64,000 nt of DNA, from assembly GCA_903919145.1 (NCBI GenBank), contig CAIXGW010000036.1, positions 13,314 through 77,313 of the forward strand, given 5' to 3'. A model generated the notes under the pieces. That model was given only the letters and a program-made list of their open reading frames with translations. It ran no database searches and was not told where the DNA came from. Position 1 is the first letter of the stretch. Every line of letters begins with the position of its first letter. The DNA is from an uncultured Myxococcales bacterium. Lineage in GTDB: Bacteria > Myxococcota_A > UBA9042. The translations under genes and the position numbers were made by a program. This document shows positions 32,976 to 42,728 of this stretch, in pieces.

Positions 32976-35900
32976 TTGTCGCACGCTGAGGAATTCCAAG
33001 GAACTGAGCGCTACGAGGTGCGGCGCCGCCTCGGGTCAGGCGGCATGGGCGTTGTGTACCACGCCTGGGACCGCCACAAGCGCATGGACGTGGCTCTCAA
33101 GGTGCTGTCCAGCATCAACGCCGACGGAATCTACCGCCTCAAGGCAGAGTTCCGCTCGCTGGCCGACGTCAGCCATCCCAACCTGGTGGGCCTGTACGAT
33201 CTGGTGTCCGCCGGGGCGGTGTGGTTCTTTACAATGGAGCTGGTCGAAGGCAGCGACCTGCTCGACTGGGTCCGCGGCTCTGCTGGCGAATTGGCAGAGC
33301 AGAGCTGGCAAGAGCTTCAGAGCGGAGACACTGTCTCCAGCATCGACGAGATGACCGTGGACGTGGACTCGGCCGAGGCCAGCCAGCTAACCGGCAAAGG
33401 CCAACCGCAACCGGTGGCCCTGGTGCGGCGGCGAGCGGCCGATCCGCTGCGGCTGGCGACGGCGATGCGCCAGCTGGCATTGGGCGTGCGGGCGATCCAC
33501 AGCGCTGGCAAGCTGCACCGCGACATCAAGCCGTCCAACGCGATGGTGGACGCCAGTGAGCGGTTGGTGCTGCTCGACTTTGGCCTGGTCCGCGACACCG
33601 CCGCCCGCAAGCGCGAGTCGCACCACGACAACATCATCAGCGGCACCCCCGCCTACATGGCCCCAGAGCAAGCCATGGGCAAGCCGACCGGGCCCGCCGC
33701 CGATTGGTACGCGGTGGGGGTGATGCTCTACGAGGCGCTGACCGGGCAGTTGCCCTTTCACGGCACTTGGTTTCAGCTGGTGGAAGCCAAGCGCGCCGGC
33801 CCGCGGCTGCGACCGACCGACCTCAATCCGCAGGCGCCCGAGGTGCTGTCGCAACTGGCCATGCGGCTGTTGGCCTTTGAACCGGCGGAACGGCCCGGCG
33901 AAGAAGAGATCCTGCAGATCCTGGGGGTCCAGGAAGACAGAGAGACCGCCCTTCGACCGGTTGACCTGGATGATCCGCCGTTCTTGGGGCGTGCCCAGGA
34001 GCTGCAGACCCTGGCCGCGGCCTTTGACGCCAGCCTGACGCCCGGCCGCCTCGGCGTTCCACTGCCGGTCGTGGTCCACGTGGTTGGCGCGCCAGGCGGC
34101 GGCAAGTCCGCGCTGGTCAGAGAGCACGTGGCGCGTCTGTGCAAGGATCCCCGCAATCCTGTGGTGTTACAAGGGCGCTGCCACGAGCGCGAGGCGGTGC
34201 CCTACAAGGCGCTCGACGCGCTGATCGACGGACTGACCCGCTGGCTGCTGCAGCGCGATCGCGGCGAAGTGGCGGAGCTGTTGCCCCGAGAGATCAGCGC
34301 CTTGGCGCAGGTTTTTCCGGTGCTCTGCCGTGTCGAAGCCGTGGCCAAGGCCCCCGAATTGCGCGAGGCCGAGTCCCTAGACAAGCGCGGTCTGCGCCGG
34401 CGCGCCTTTGCCGTGCTCAAGCAATTGCTCAGGCGGATCACCCAGCACTGGCCCCTGGTGCTGGTGATCGACGACCTGCAGTGGGGCGATCCCGACTCTG
34501 TTGAGCTGCTCGCCAGCTTGTTGGAGCCGCCGGACGCGCCGCCGATCCTGCTTGAGCTGACCTACCGGGCGGAAGAGCGGGCGGTGTCGCCAACTCTCCT
34601 TGGCGTGCGCAAGCTAGCTCCACCCAATGCCAACGGTTTTGACGCGCGCGAGGTCGCCGTTGGGCCGATGACCGAGCAGGACAGCTGCGACTTGGCGCGC
34701 ACGATGATGGCCGGCGGCAGCAAGCTGAGCGGTGGCGCACCCGTAGACGAAGAGCGGGTGCAGGTGATCGCCAGGGAGGCCCAGGGAAGCCCGCTGTTTG
34801 TGGTGGAATTGGTGCGCTACCGCGACGATCGGGTGGCGGTGGGGTCGGGCACCTCGACCACTCGGCAGGTCTCGCTGGACTATGTGATCGGCGCGCGCGT
34901 CGCCCAACTCAGCCCGCCGGCGCTGCGACTGCTGCAAGTGATCGCCGTGGCCGGTCGGCCCATTGCCCAGCAGCTAGCCGTCGAGGCAGCCCGGCTGGAC
35001 CGCGATGCCCGGGCGATCCTGCTGCGCATGCGCTCCTCCCACTTTGTGCGCACAGCCGGCGATGACGACCGCGACACGGTAGAGACCTTTCACAACCGCG
35101 TGAGAGAGCTGGTGATTCGCGGCATCGATCCGGTCACGCTGCGCGACATCCACGCCAGCTGGGCGGCGGTGCTGACCCAGGACGGGGTGGCTCAGGGCGG
35201 CGTCGAAGATGTCGATGGCCTGGCCTATCACTGGTTGGGCGCTGGAGACGAAGATCAGGCTCTGGGCTACACCCTGCAGGCTGCTCGCAAAGCCCACGCC
35301 GTCCACGCCAATCACGATGCCGTGCGCGACTTTGAGACCGCACTGACGATCCTGGCCAAGCGCAGCGATGCCGCCTCAGCGCAGCTGCGGGTGCAGGTCG
35401 AAGAAGAAACCGCCCAGGCCGCGCGCCAAGCGGGCATGTACCAGCGGGCTGCCCAGCTGCTGGGCGAGTGCCTGCAGCGCGCCACCACCAAGGTCGCCCA
35501 AGCGGACATCCACGTGGGTCTGGGCCAGGTCTATCAAGAGATGGGCGAGTCCGACCGAGCGATCGAAGAGTTGGAGACGGCGCTGCGGTTCTACGGCCAG
35601 GCGCCGCCCAAGAGCACCCTGACCCTGGTGCTGCAGACGGCCGGCCAGTACCTGCTGCACCAATGGCACACCACGTTGGCCCGGCCGCGGCAGGCACAGC
35701 TCTCTGCAGATGGGCTGCGAGGCGATTCCACTCTGCAAAAGCGCGCCGACACCATGTTTGCGCTGATCCGCATTTACTACTTTGTCGACGTGTTGCGCGT
35801 GACCTGGGCGGGGATGTATGCGGTCAACTTGGCCCGCAAGCTGCCCAGAGACGGCGATCGGGCGCTGGCGTGGAGCTTTTACGGCGTCATCCTGGTTGGC

Positions 35901-36956
35901 CTGGGCATGCTGGAGAGGTCCGCCCGCTGGTGCGAAGAGGCCGTGTATCTGGCCCGCAGCGCAGGCGATCCGGTGGCAGAAGGCGTGGCGGTGCTGCGGC
36001 TGGGCACCAACGCGATGTTCCAGAACGACCTGCCCAGAGCCGAGAGGACTCTGCGCGAGGCCATCCAGATCTTTAAGGAAGTCGGAGAGATGTGGGAGCT
36101 GCAGACCGGTCTCATGCTCACCGGCACGACCCGACTGCTGGTGTCCGATTTCCGCGGCGCTATCCCCCTCTATGAAGAGATGGGCCTGACCGGCATCCAG
36201 ATCAACGCGCTCATGCATCAAGCGTGGGCCAAGACCTGGACGCCGTTTTGCCGCTATCTGTTGGGCGAGCTGGCTGCGCAGGAAGTGGCGCTGCACCACA
36301 ATGAGGCGCTGGAGCTATCGGCCCGCGTGCGCGACTTGGCCAACACGGTCGCCACGCTGCAGCTGATGGCGACCATCGCAGTGCGCGAAGGTCAGGTAGA
36401 ACGGTCGGCCGGTCTGGCCATCCGCACCCGCGAGGCGGTGTCGCGCTATTTGGTGCAGGTTCCGTTCTTGCAGGCGGCATGGGTCGCGGCTGCAGAAGCG
36501 GCGCTGTTTGCGCTGGAAAATGGCGCCAAGTCGGCGGGGCGCCCGACTCTGCTCAAGATCGCCCGCAAGGGCTATCAAGTGCCTGGGCGCCTGGGCAAGA
36601 ACTACCCCTATCTGGTGGGGCCGGCGCTGCGGATCCGCGCCCGCTATCTGGCGCTGGTCAAGGGGCCCAGCGCGGCCGAGCCGGTCTTCCGCAAGGCCAT
36701 TGAGGTGCTGGAGCGCACCCCCAATCGCTGGGAGACCGCCGTGGCCCTGTATGACGCGGCCAAAGCCCTGCCGGCGCGTCGCCTGGAGTACCTGCGGCGG
36801 GCAGTGCGAATCTTTCAAGAGATCGGCGCCGAGGCCGAGCTGCGCCGCGCCGAGCGCGAACTGGCCACCAGCTCGCTGCTGGGGCCTCTGCAGCCCACCG
36901 CCACGGCTGTCCATGCCACGACGATGCCGGCCAAGCAGCCCGGCGCGCGGTCCTAG
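32976..36956 (+). CDS. Ser/Thr protein kinase fused to AAA/STAND-type NTPase and TPR region
   Basis: Kinase subdomains LGSGGMGVVYHAWD, ALKVL, HRDIKPSNAM, DFGL, GTPAYMAPE. P-loop VVGAPGGGKSALV and LVIDDLQWGD (Walker B). C-terminal TPR-like helices. TTG start. Confidence 0.85.
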   Translation: MSHAEEFQGTERYEVRRRLGSGGMGVVYHAWDRHKRMDVALKVLSSINADGIYRLKAEFRSLADVSHPNLVGLYDLVSAGAVWFFTMELVEGSDLLDWVRGSAGELAEQSWQELQSGDTVSSIDEMTVDVDSAEASQLTGKGQPQPVALVRRRAADPLRLATAMRQLALGVRAIHSAGKLHRDIKPSNAMVDASERLVLLDFGLVRDTAARKRESHHDNIISGTPAYMAPEQAMGKPTGPAADWYAVGVMLYEALTGQLPFHGTWFQLVEAKRAGPRLRPTDLNPQAPEVLSQLAMRLLAFEPAERPGEEEILQILGVQEDRETALRPVDLDDPPFLGRAQELQTLAAAFDASLTPGRLGVPLPVVVHVVGAPGGGKSALVREHVARLCKDPRNPVVLQGRCHEREAVPYKALDALIDGLTRWLLQRDRGEVAELLPREISALAQVFPVLCRVEAVAKAPELREAESLDKRGLRRRAFAVLKQLLRRITQHWPLVLVIDDLQWGDPDSVELLASLLEPPDAPPILLELTYRAEERAVSPTLLGVRKLAPPNANGFDAREVAVGPMTEQDSCDLARTMMAGGSKLSGGAPVDEERVQVIAREAQGSPLFVVELVRYRDDRVAVGSGTSTTRQVSLDYVIGARVAQLSPPALRLLQVIAVAGRPIAQQLAVEAARLDRDARAILLRMRSSHFVRTAGDDDRDTVETFHNRVRELVIRGIDPVTLRDIHASWAAVLTQDGVAQGGVEDVDGLAYHWLGAGDEDQALGYTLQAARKAHAVHANHDAVRDFETALTILAKRSDAASAQLRVQVEEETAQAARQAGMYQRAAQLLGECLQRATTKVAQADIHVGLGQVYQEMGESDRAIEELETALRFYGQAPPKSTLTLVLQTAGQYLLHQWHTTLARPRQAQLSADGLRGDSTLQKRADTMFALIRIYYFVDVLRVTWAGMYAVNLARKLPRDGDRALAWSFYGVILVGLGMLERSARWCEEAVYLARSAGDPVAEGVAVLRLGTNAMFQNDLPRAERTLREAIQIFKEVGEMWELQTGLMLTGTTRLLVSDFRGAIPLYEEMGLTGIQINALMHQAWAKTWTPFCRYLLGELAAQEVALHHNEALELSARVRDLANTVATLQLMATIAVREGQVERSAGLAIRTREAVSRYLVQVPFLQAAWVAAAEAALFALENGAKSAGRPTLLKIARKGYQVPGRLGKNYPYLVGPALRIRARYLALVKGPSAAEPVFRKAIEVLERTPNRWETAVALYDAAKALPARRLEYLRRAVRIFQEIGAEAELRRAERELATSSLLGPLQPTATAVHATTMPAKQPGARS

Positions 36957-36959
36957 CGC

Positions 36960-37544
36960 ATGGCAGAAGAGCGGGTGGCTGAAAAGCGGGTGGCGGAAAC
37001 GATCAAGATTACACTGCTGACCCACGGCAAGGAGTTTGGCAAGCGCTCCAACACCGGTCAGGTGGTGGCGCAGGTGCTGGGCTCGCAGGCTGAGCGGATT
37101 CACTGGCAGCGCATGGACCCGCCAGCGCAGCTGCTGGCGGAGATTGCGGCGGGAGGAGTGGCGCTGGTCTATCCCGGTCCGGCTCAGGAGCAAGGTCAGG
37201 ATCTGTCTGATATTAGACAGTTTGTTGTCATAGACGGTACGTGGCTCACTGCGCGCAAGATCTACCAGCGCAGCCCGTACCTGCACCACCTGCGCCGCGT
37301 CAGCCTGCAGCCTCAGGCGCCCTCTCGCTACAACCTGCGCAAAAACCAGAAGGAAGACGGGCTGTGCACGGCCGAGTGTGTAGTGGAACTGCTCCGCGGC
37401 GCCGGCCGGCCCGTGCAGGCCGCCGAGCTTCTGCGCGCCTTTTTGGCCTACCAGAAGCCGGAAAAGCTCCCGGTGGCCTTGGGCGATAGAGATGGCCCGT
37501 CGGCGCCTGGGAGTCTGCCGGAAGAACCTTCAGACTGCGGCTAG
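36960..37544 (+). CDS. DTW domain protein (tRNA acp3U-transferase family)
   Basis: FVVIDGTWLTARKIY contains the DTW motif; ...YNLRKNQKEDGLCTAECV. Starts 4 nt after the kinase gene stop. Confidence 0.75.
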   Translation: MAEERVAEKRVAETIKITLLTHGKEFGKRSNTGQVVAQVLGSQAERIHWQRMDPPAQLLAEIAAGGVALVYPGPAQEQGQDLSDIRQFVVIDGTWLTARKIYQRSPYLHHLRRVSLQPQAPSRYNLRKNQKEDGLCTAECVVELLRGAGRPVQAAELLRAFLAYQKPEKLPVALGDRDGPSAPGSLPEEPSDCG

Positions 37545-37568
37545 GAAGTCGCCTCAGTTGGAGCGACC

Positions 37569-37610
37569 GGGGGCTGACGGCAAAGTGCTTAAAGAAATGC
37601 TAGCTTGTGG
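37569..37610 (+). repeat. possible degenerate element copy M (convergent intergenic region)
   Basis: GGGGGCTGACGGCAAAGTGCTTAAAGAAATGCTAGCTTGTGG. The first 10 nt are identical to copy C, and the remainder aligns only with indels. Confidence 0.25.
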
Positions 37611-37698
37611 GCAACGATCCAGCGGTCATCCGCCGAGTCTGGCAGCCATAGCTAGGTGCAACCCGAAGCGAACTGGCGGCTGTGGGGCTTGGCGGCGA

Positions 37699-38316
37699 TC
37701 ACGGGCTGGCGGTAGCGGCTTGGGCCTGCCGTGCCAGGTCTGCCAGCCCCTGCTCTGACAGCGGGCCTTCGACGGCCCCGACCACTTGGCCGCTGGCCGA
37801 AATCGCGGCGCTGAAGGGAATGCCATCGACACCCCAAGCGCGATGGGCCAAGCCGGTGGCGTCGTGGACCGTTGGAAAGGTGTAGCCGTGTTTGCGCAGA
37901 AACGCGATGGCGTCTAGCGATTCGTCGCCGGCGACGGTCAGGATCTGCAGGCCCTGGCCGTCTTTCTCGCGTTGCCACAGCGCTTGCCAGCGCGGCAGTT
38001 CCTGGACGCACGGCGCGCACGACGGCGCCCAGAAGTGCAGCAGCAGTGGCCGACCCCGAAGGTCCTGTGGGCCAATGCGCAATTGCGTGGGACCCCCGCT
38101 GTCCAGGCGCAGCAGCGGCAGGGTGAACTCGGGGGCACCGCGGCCCGCCAGATCGGTGTGCTGGTGAGGGGTTTGGCGCAGGGCGATGGCTGCAGAGAGC
38201 CCCGCGGCTGCCAAACCCAGGGCCAGAACCCAGGCGGCGCGCCGGCGACCAGGGCGTTCAGAGGGCAGGGCGGCGGTCATCGGACTCCTGGGGCCAAGAG
38301 GGTGGGGCCTTGGCAT
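37699..38316 (-). CDS. TlpA/ResA-like thiol:disulfide oxidoreductase (thioredoxin fold)
   Basis: RPLLLHFWAPSCAPCVQELPRW contains the CxxC motif in the redoxin context, with an N-terminal membrane anchor/signal. The start may be the internal ATG at 38280. Confidence 0.8.
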   Translation of the reverse strand: MPRPHPLGPRSPMTAALPSERPGRRRAAWVLALGLAAAGLSAAIALRQTPHQHTDLAGRGAPEFTLPLLRLDSGGPTQLRIGPQDLRGRPLLLHFWAPSCAPCVQELPRWQALWQREKDGQGLQILTVAGDESLDAIAFLRKHGYTFPTVHDATGLAHRAWGVDGIPFSAAISASGQVVGAVEGPLSEQGLADLARQAQAATASP

Positions 38317-38370
38317 CGGTAGGAGCCCGGCGGAAGGCCCAAGGCTTCTGCGCCGGCCCTGCTGCGCCCG

Positions 38371-39045
38371 TCAAGGGTGATGGATCACCGCCACCGCGTC
38401 CAGGTCAAAGCCGCCCGAGCTACCCTGGTATTGGTTGAGCCCGGAGTCGGTGATCCTCACCAGTCGCCACGGCCCAGGGCCTATGGCGCCAAGCGCCTGC
38501 AGGTCAAACGCGTCGCCCCCGGCCAGCGCGACATCCACTGGCGAAATCCCGTTGCCCGGCGCCGAGAAGACGGGAGTCACCCCCGCGCAGCCCGGATAGT
38601 CTGGGGCCAGCTCGGCGTGGCACGGCCACTCGTGCCAGGTGACGCCATCGGCGCTGATCGCCACCCGGCCGGTTTCGCTGAACCCCGCAAAGGCATTCTC
38701 AAACACCAGCAGATCCGCTCCTGGGCCGTCCACCAGCGGCTGGTCATCCAGCGCCACCACGATGGTGCCGCCTTGGCCCAGCGAGACCACGTCCAGACCT
38801 CCCGCTGTGGCCCCGCCGCCCTGGGGTGCTCCCAGGACCACGGCGGGCAGCTTGTCGGCCCCAAAGCCAGCGTTGGGCCCAGGCGCAAAGCTTACCACGC
38901 GATCTGCAAATAAATCCAGTGACTTAACATTGGGTGGCCCCCCGTATTCACTGTCGCATCCCGGCAAGGCAATGGCAGGCAGGGCCGCCAAGCCCGCCAC
39001 CGCCAGCCTTACCCCGCGGCCGCCCAGCTGAGAGAGCGCTTTCAT
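38371..39045 (-). CDS. lipoprotein, function unknown
   Basis: Lipobox AIALPGC, then a Gly-rich beta-type domain (DLLVFENAF..., VRITDSG...GFDLDAVAVI). Contains in-frame element copy G (codons 33-48). The start abuts the stop of the upstream lipoprotein gene. Confidence 0.6.
   Translation of the reverse strand: MKALSQLGGRGVRLAVAGLAALPAIALPGCDSEYGGPPNVKSLDLFADRVVSFAPGPNAGFGADKLPAVVLGAPQGGGATAGGLDVVSLGQGGTIVVALDDQPLVDGPGADLLVFENAFAGFSETGRVAISADGVTWHEWPCHAELAPDYPGCAGVTPVFSAPGNGISPVDVALAGGDAFDLQALGAIGPGPWRLVRITDSGLNQYQGSSGGFDLDAVAVIHHP
38897..38943 (-). repeat. dispersed element, copy G (in frame inside a lipoprotein CDS)
   Basis: GGGGGGCCACCCAATGTTAAGTCACTGGATTTATTTGCAGATCGCGT encodes ...YGGPPNVKSLDLFADR... 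using TTA, TTT and GCA codons. Confidence 0.55.
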
Positions 39046-39645
39046 CTACGGCTTCTTGGTCATCTTGGTCCAGCCAAAGCCGCCGCAGCCGGCCTTGTCC
39101 AGGTCCTTGTCGTTGGCAACCAAGGTGCTGGCCTTGGCCAGGTCAATGGAATCTTTGCCATAGTCTACCGTGCAGTAGTAGAAAACGTTGGCCTTTGGCT
39201 CGGTCCACACCTGCTTGCTGAACTTGTTGGGGCCATACTTGTCATCGGGTGGGTTCTGGGTGTAGGCGACGTTGGCGGCGTTGTCGAAAGACGCGATCTT
39301 CTGTGGGCCCCACTTGTCGGCGGCGATGGTCTCTTCGCTGCCAAAGTTGGTGGTCCAGGTGCCCAAGAGCTCGATCGCAGCGCCGGCCCCAGAGTCCGCG
39401 CCGTCCTGGGCGCTGGTGGTGTCGCTGGCGTTGGCGGGGGTAGAGGACTCGCTGTCGCAGCCCGTGCCGGCGATCGCAAAAAAGCTAGCGATAGCAAGGC
39501 AGTTTGTGCGGGTCGCCCTCCACATGGCGGTTGGGGCCCTGCCGGTCCGCATCGGCAAGAGTGGCGCCGCCCCTAGCGGCTGCGTCGGACTGCTCCGCGT
39601 GGGGTCCTGTTGCGTTGTCTTTTCGCGATTTTCAAACAGTTTCAT
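39046..39645 (-). CDS. lipoprotein, function unknown
   Basis: Lipobox FFAIAGTGC. The start is probably an internal Met (39552 or 39525), because the first 30-40 aa look non-genic. Mature domain LLGTWTTNFGSEETIAADKWGPQ...VFYYCTVDYGK. Confidence 0.6.
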   Translation of the reverse strand: MKLFENREKTTQQDPTRSSPTQPLGAAPLLPMRTGRAPTAMWRATRTNCLAIASFFAIAGTGCDSESSTPANASDTTSAQDGADSGAGAAIELLGTWTTNFGSEETIAADKWGPQKIASFDNAANVAYTQNPPDDKYGPNKFSKQVWTEPKANVFYYCTVDYGKDSIDLAKASTLVANDKDLDKAGCGGFGWTKMTKKP

Positions 39646-40405
39646 CGCACAGATCCCTGCGGAAACCCGGATGATGGGGGTCTCTGACGCAGGCCCTGGG
39701 AAAATGGGGGCAGGCGCTGGGCTCCGGGGCGACCGACAGCTGGCGCAGCGGCGTCAGAATCGGCGGCAGAGGGCCCTGCGCAGACCTCTCCCCTTTCCAC
39801 GAGGGAGCGTGCAATCAGAGAGTTCCCGACTCGCGCTGCCAGCCCCGGGTCTCCGCTGCAGCGACGCGTCAGCGCCGATGAACGAAAAACAGCTGTCAGC
39901 GCACACGGTTGCGGGCCAGCGCCGGAGTCACACCGGCTTCCTCTAGCGCCGCAGCGAATCCGCGGAGCTGGGCCAGCATAAGGCCCTCAACCGATCAGCG
40001 CAACCGCAGTAGGCCCCGGGGCGCCGCAGCCGCCTCAGCTGCCAGGGCCCAGCCTGGCCCAAAGAGAAACAGCGATCACAGCCTGCGGGCAGGTGCCGCC
40101 GGATGGACCACCAGCCGCCGCCGTGGCCAGAGGGCCCAACGCACGGTCCACTGGTCGCCGAGGATCGGCAGCGCCCTTGAAAAGCGACCTATGAGCGCGG
40201 TCCAACTCTGGGTACAGTACGCCCGCGGCTGGCGAGGCGGCTGGCGTCCCAGCTGCCAGCGGTTGGCCTGGGAGGCCACGCCAGCCCTGCCCTGCGTGTA
40301 GCGGGGGCTTGCCGGCAGCCTGTCCAGATGGCGGGTCCTTCCAACGGTTTGTGTCAATATCGGCAAACGCCGGCCCAAGATTCTGCGCTCCTGTCAGGAG
40401 GTACC

Positions 40406-41101
40406 GTGCCCACTGCCTTTGCCCAGACCCCCCAGATCCAGCCGCCGCCCACGGCCGCGCAGGTCCAAGATGCCGCTGGCTTGCTGCCGCCCTCGCTGAC
40501 GGCCTGGTGGCTGGCGGCGCTGGTCGGGGCCGTTGTCGCTTGGTGGTTTGGCCCGCAACAGCCGTACCAGCCGCGAGTCTCTGCTGCGACGTTTGACCTG
40601 GAGCGCGACCTGCCCAAGGCCAAGGCCAGCGTGCGCCAGCGCGACGCGGTCAAGCCCTGCAGCTGGCGCAGCGGCGATCAGCGGTTTGCCTGCGGCGATG
40701 AACCTTGGGCCTTTGTTGGCCCCTATGGCGGCATTACGGCTGGCGTCGCGCGCCGCTGCACCTGGGCGCATCCCGTGGCGGCCGGAGCCACGGCAGAGCT
40801 GCGCTGGGAAAAAGCCGCAGTGGGTAGAGAATTGCAGGTCCAGCTGGGCCTGGTGGACGCCGCTCCCGCAGGCGCGCCGGTGCACCTCAAGGTCTGGCTG
40901 GGTGCCGATCTGATGGCTGAGCTGCAGAGCCGCGATGCCAGCGATTTTGCGCAATTGGTCAAGGAAATCCCGGTGGGAGAAGGGCGTGCCGATCTGCGCT
41001 TGGAGATCTCTACCACCGACCACACCTTGCGCATGGCCTGCCTGGATGTGCGCATGCGCGGCGAACGCCCTGGCGGCGTCGCCCACCCGGAGGCCCGATG
41101 A
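40406..41101 (+). CDS. membrane-anchored hypothetical protein
   Basis: GTG 40406 preceded by CAGGAGG (the track ORF starts further upstream at 40328). TM LTAWWLAALVGAVVAWWF, then a 190-aa domain. 4-nt overlap with the downstream membrane protein gene. Confidence 0.45.
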   Translation: MPTAFAQTPQIQPPPTAAQVQDAAGLLPPSLTAWWLAALVGAVVAWWFGPQQPYQPRVSAATFDLERDLPKAKASVRQRDAVKPCSWRSGDQRFACGDEPWAFVGPYGGITAGVARRCTWAHPVAAGATAELRWEKAAVGRELQVQLGLVDAAPAGAPVHLKVWLGADLMAELQSRDASDFAQLVKEIPVGEGRADLRLEISTTDHTLRMACLDVRMRGERPGGVAHPEAR

Positions 41102-42675
41102 GCACGCCTACCCAGTGGACGGTTTCCGGCCTGGCTGCGGACCCCATGGCCACGCCGCGGCTGCGGTCACTGGTGACTGGGGCGATCGTCGAAATTCTGT
41201 GTCTGCTGGCGGCCCTGCTGGCGGTGGCCCTGCTGCTGGCGCCGGGGCTGCAGGTAGCGGCCTCCGCGGCGCCCACGCTGCAGGGCCTGGTCGGCAGCGG
41301 CTCGGCGGTGACCGATGGCGCGTGGCCTGTGCTTTTGCGGCGGGTCCTGCTGCTGTTGCCAGCCGGCGTGCGCGCAGAGCCGCTGTGGGCCCTGCAGTGG
41401 CTGCAGACGGCGCTGGGCAGCGTTGGCTTGTATCTGCTCGGGCGGCTGGCGTGGTCGCTGGGTGGGGCGCGGACGGCGGTTCCGGCGCTGGCGCTGGCCC
41501 TGGTGTGGCCCCCAGCGCGGCAGGCGCTGCTGAATTGGTCCGCAGAGTCGGTGCTGGCTGTGGCGGCCCTAGCGGCGGCCTGGGCCGTGGTCGGCCAGCG
41601 GCGGTCGCCGCGCCGTGCGGCGCTGGGCCTGGGCTCTGCGGCGGCGCTGACGGCGGCGGTTCATCCGCTGGGCCTGCTGGCGGCGCTGCTGCTGCTGGGC
41701 GCCATGTTGTTGCCTTTGGAGCCGCCGGACCGGGGCCTGAGCGACGGCCTCTCTGGCGAGGTCGACCGCCCCGATTTTCCCACCGGCGCCCGCTGGCTGC
41801 CGTGGCTGGCCGGCGCGCTGTGGGCGGTCGGCGTGCTGCTGGCGCTGCTGGCGCCTGCCGGGATCAAGCCCTGGGGGACGGCGCAATTCGCGGTGCTGCG
41901 TCGGCCCGAAGACGTGCTGGCGCTGGGCGGCGCCTCCGAATTGCCGCTGCTGGGGGCGTGGGTGGCGCTGGTGGCGCAGACGCCGCTGGCCCTGCTGTGG
42001 CTGTCGATTGGCCCGCTGCAGCGCGGGTTGGGGCAGGCTGGCCGCGCGTCGCCGCTGGCAGGGCTGGCGGTGGTGACCCTGGCATGGCTGCTGGTTCTGG
42101 CGATCGCCGGTGCGCCGCTGCCGGGAGCTTTGGATGGATTGGTCGTGGTGGCGCCGCTGCTGTGCGTCCTGGCTGGCGTAGGATTTAGCTGGAGGCTCAA
42201 AGGTTTGTTGTACATCGGCCATCGCGGCGGCGCGGTCATCTGGGTAGCCAGCCTGGCGCTGCTGCTGGGCGCCGACCTGTGGCTTGCCAGTGCCGACCGC
42301 AGAGCCCTGCTTGGGCGGATTCCGGGGGTGCTGACGTCGGCCGAACAGCTGCGCGGCGCGGTGCTTGGCCCAGCGGATCTGGCCTTGCTGCAGCGGTTTG
42401 GCGAGCCGACGGCGATCCTGCCCAGCCAGCGCGGCGGCAACGATCTGGCCAATGCCTTGAAGCCGCTGGCAAAATCGGTCGAGCAGGGCCAATACGTTGC
42501 TGCTCACGTCGCCCGCTTGGTGCTGCTGCCAGAGCCGCCGAGCGACCGCATCGATCGCGTCCTGGCCGACCACGGCCAGCGCCTGGGTTGCACGGCCGAC
42601 CTGCGCCACTGCCTTGTGCGGATTGCCGGCCGTCCTGCACTGCCCGCCGAGCGCGAAGCCGCCCGTCCACAGTAG
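41098..42675 (+). CDS. polytopic membrane protein, possibly GT-C-type glycosyltransferase (ArnT/PMT-like)
   Basis: 525 aa with at least 10 hydrophobic segments and a soluble C-terminal domain. The overall layout and Leu/Ala/Trp-rich loops resemble GT39/GT83 proteins. No diagnostic motif seen. Confidence 0.45.
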   Translation: MSTPTQWTVSGLAADPMATPRLRSLVTGAIVEILCLLAALLAVALLLAPGLQVAASAAPTLQGLVGSGSAVTDGAWPVLLRRVLLLLPAGVRAEPLWALQWLQTALGSVGLYLLGRLAWSLGGARTAVPALALALVWPPARQALLNWSAESVLAVAALAAAWAVVGQRRSPRRAALGLGSAAALTAAVHPLGLLAALLLLGAMLLPLEPPDRGLSDGLSGEVDRPDFPTGARWLPWLAGALWAVGVLLALLAPAGIKPWGTAQFAVLRRPEDVLALGGASELPLLGAWVALVAQTPLALLWLSIGPLQRGLGQAGRASPLAGLAVVTLAWLLVLAIAGAPLPGALDGLVVVAPLLCVLAGVGFSWRLKGLLYIGHRGGAVIWVASLALLLGADLWLASADRRALLGRIPGVLTSAEQLRGAVLGPADLALLQRFGEPTAILPSQRGGNDLANALKPLAKSVEQGQYVAAHVARLVLLPEPPSDRIDRVLADHGQRLGCTADLRHCLVRIAGRPALPAEREAARPQ

Positions 42676-42682
42676 GGGTTTC

Positions 42683-42728
42683 CGTGTAGATGCGAGTTAT
42701 TCCAAGCAGATAACATTGGGTGCCCCGC
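42683..42728 (-). repeat. dispersed element, copy H (intergenic, antisense to flanking + strand genes)
   Basis: GCGGGGCACCCAATGTTATCTGCTTGGAATAACTCGCATCTACACG. Begins 8 nt after the stop of 41098..42675. Followed on the + strand by the direct repeat AGATCTCCAC/AGATCTCCGC (42732-42751). Confidence 0.65.

Noticed and set aside
37569-37600. Resemblance of GGGGGCTGACG... and GGGGGCTGACCCAATG... to Tn3-family 38-bp terminal inverted repeats (GGGGTCTGACGCTCAGTGG...)
   Set aside because: Similarity is limited to the first about 11 nt. There is no ...TAAG end, no Tn3-type transposase or resolvase, and no paired 38-bp IRs.
38921-38935. Resemblance of the core (CCAATGTTAAGT, CTATGTTATTT) to the XerD arm of dif sites (TTATGTTAAAT)
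   Set aside because: There are many copies per 64 kb. No matching XerC arm or 6-bp central region is seen at the correct spacing, and conservation extends 30 nt further in one direction only.
40076-40378. 100-codon minus-strand ORF with an HxlR-like LGDQWT segment
   Set aside because: Only about 7 residues resemble the HTH family. The rest is Arg/Pro/Trp-rich noise, with no start context.
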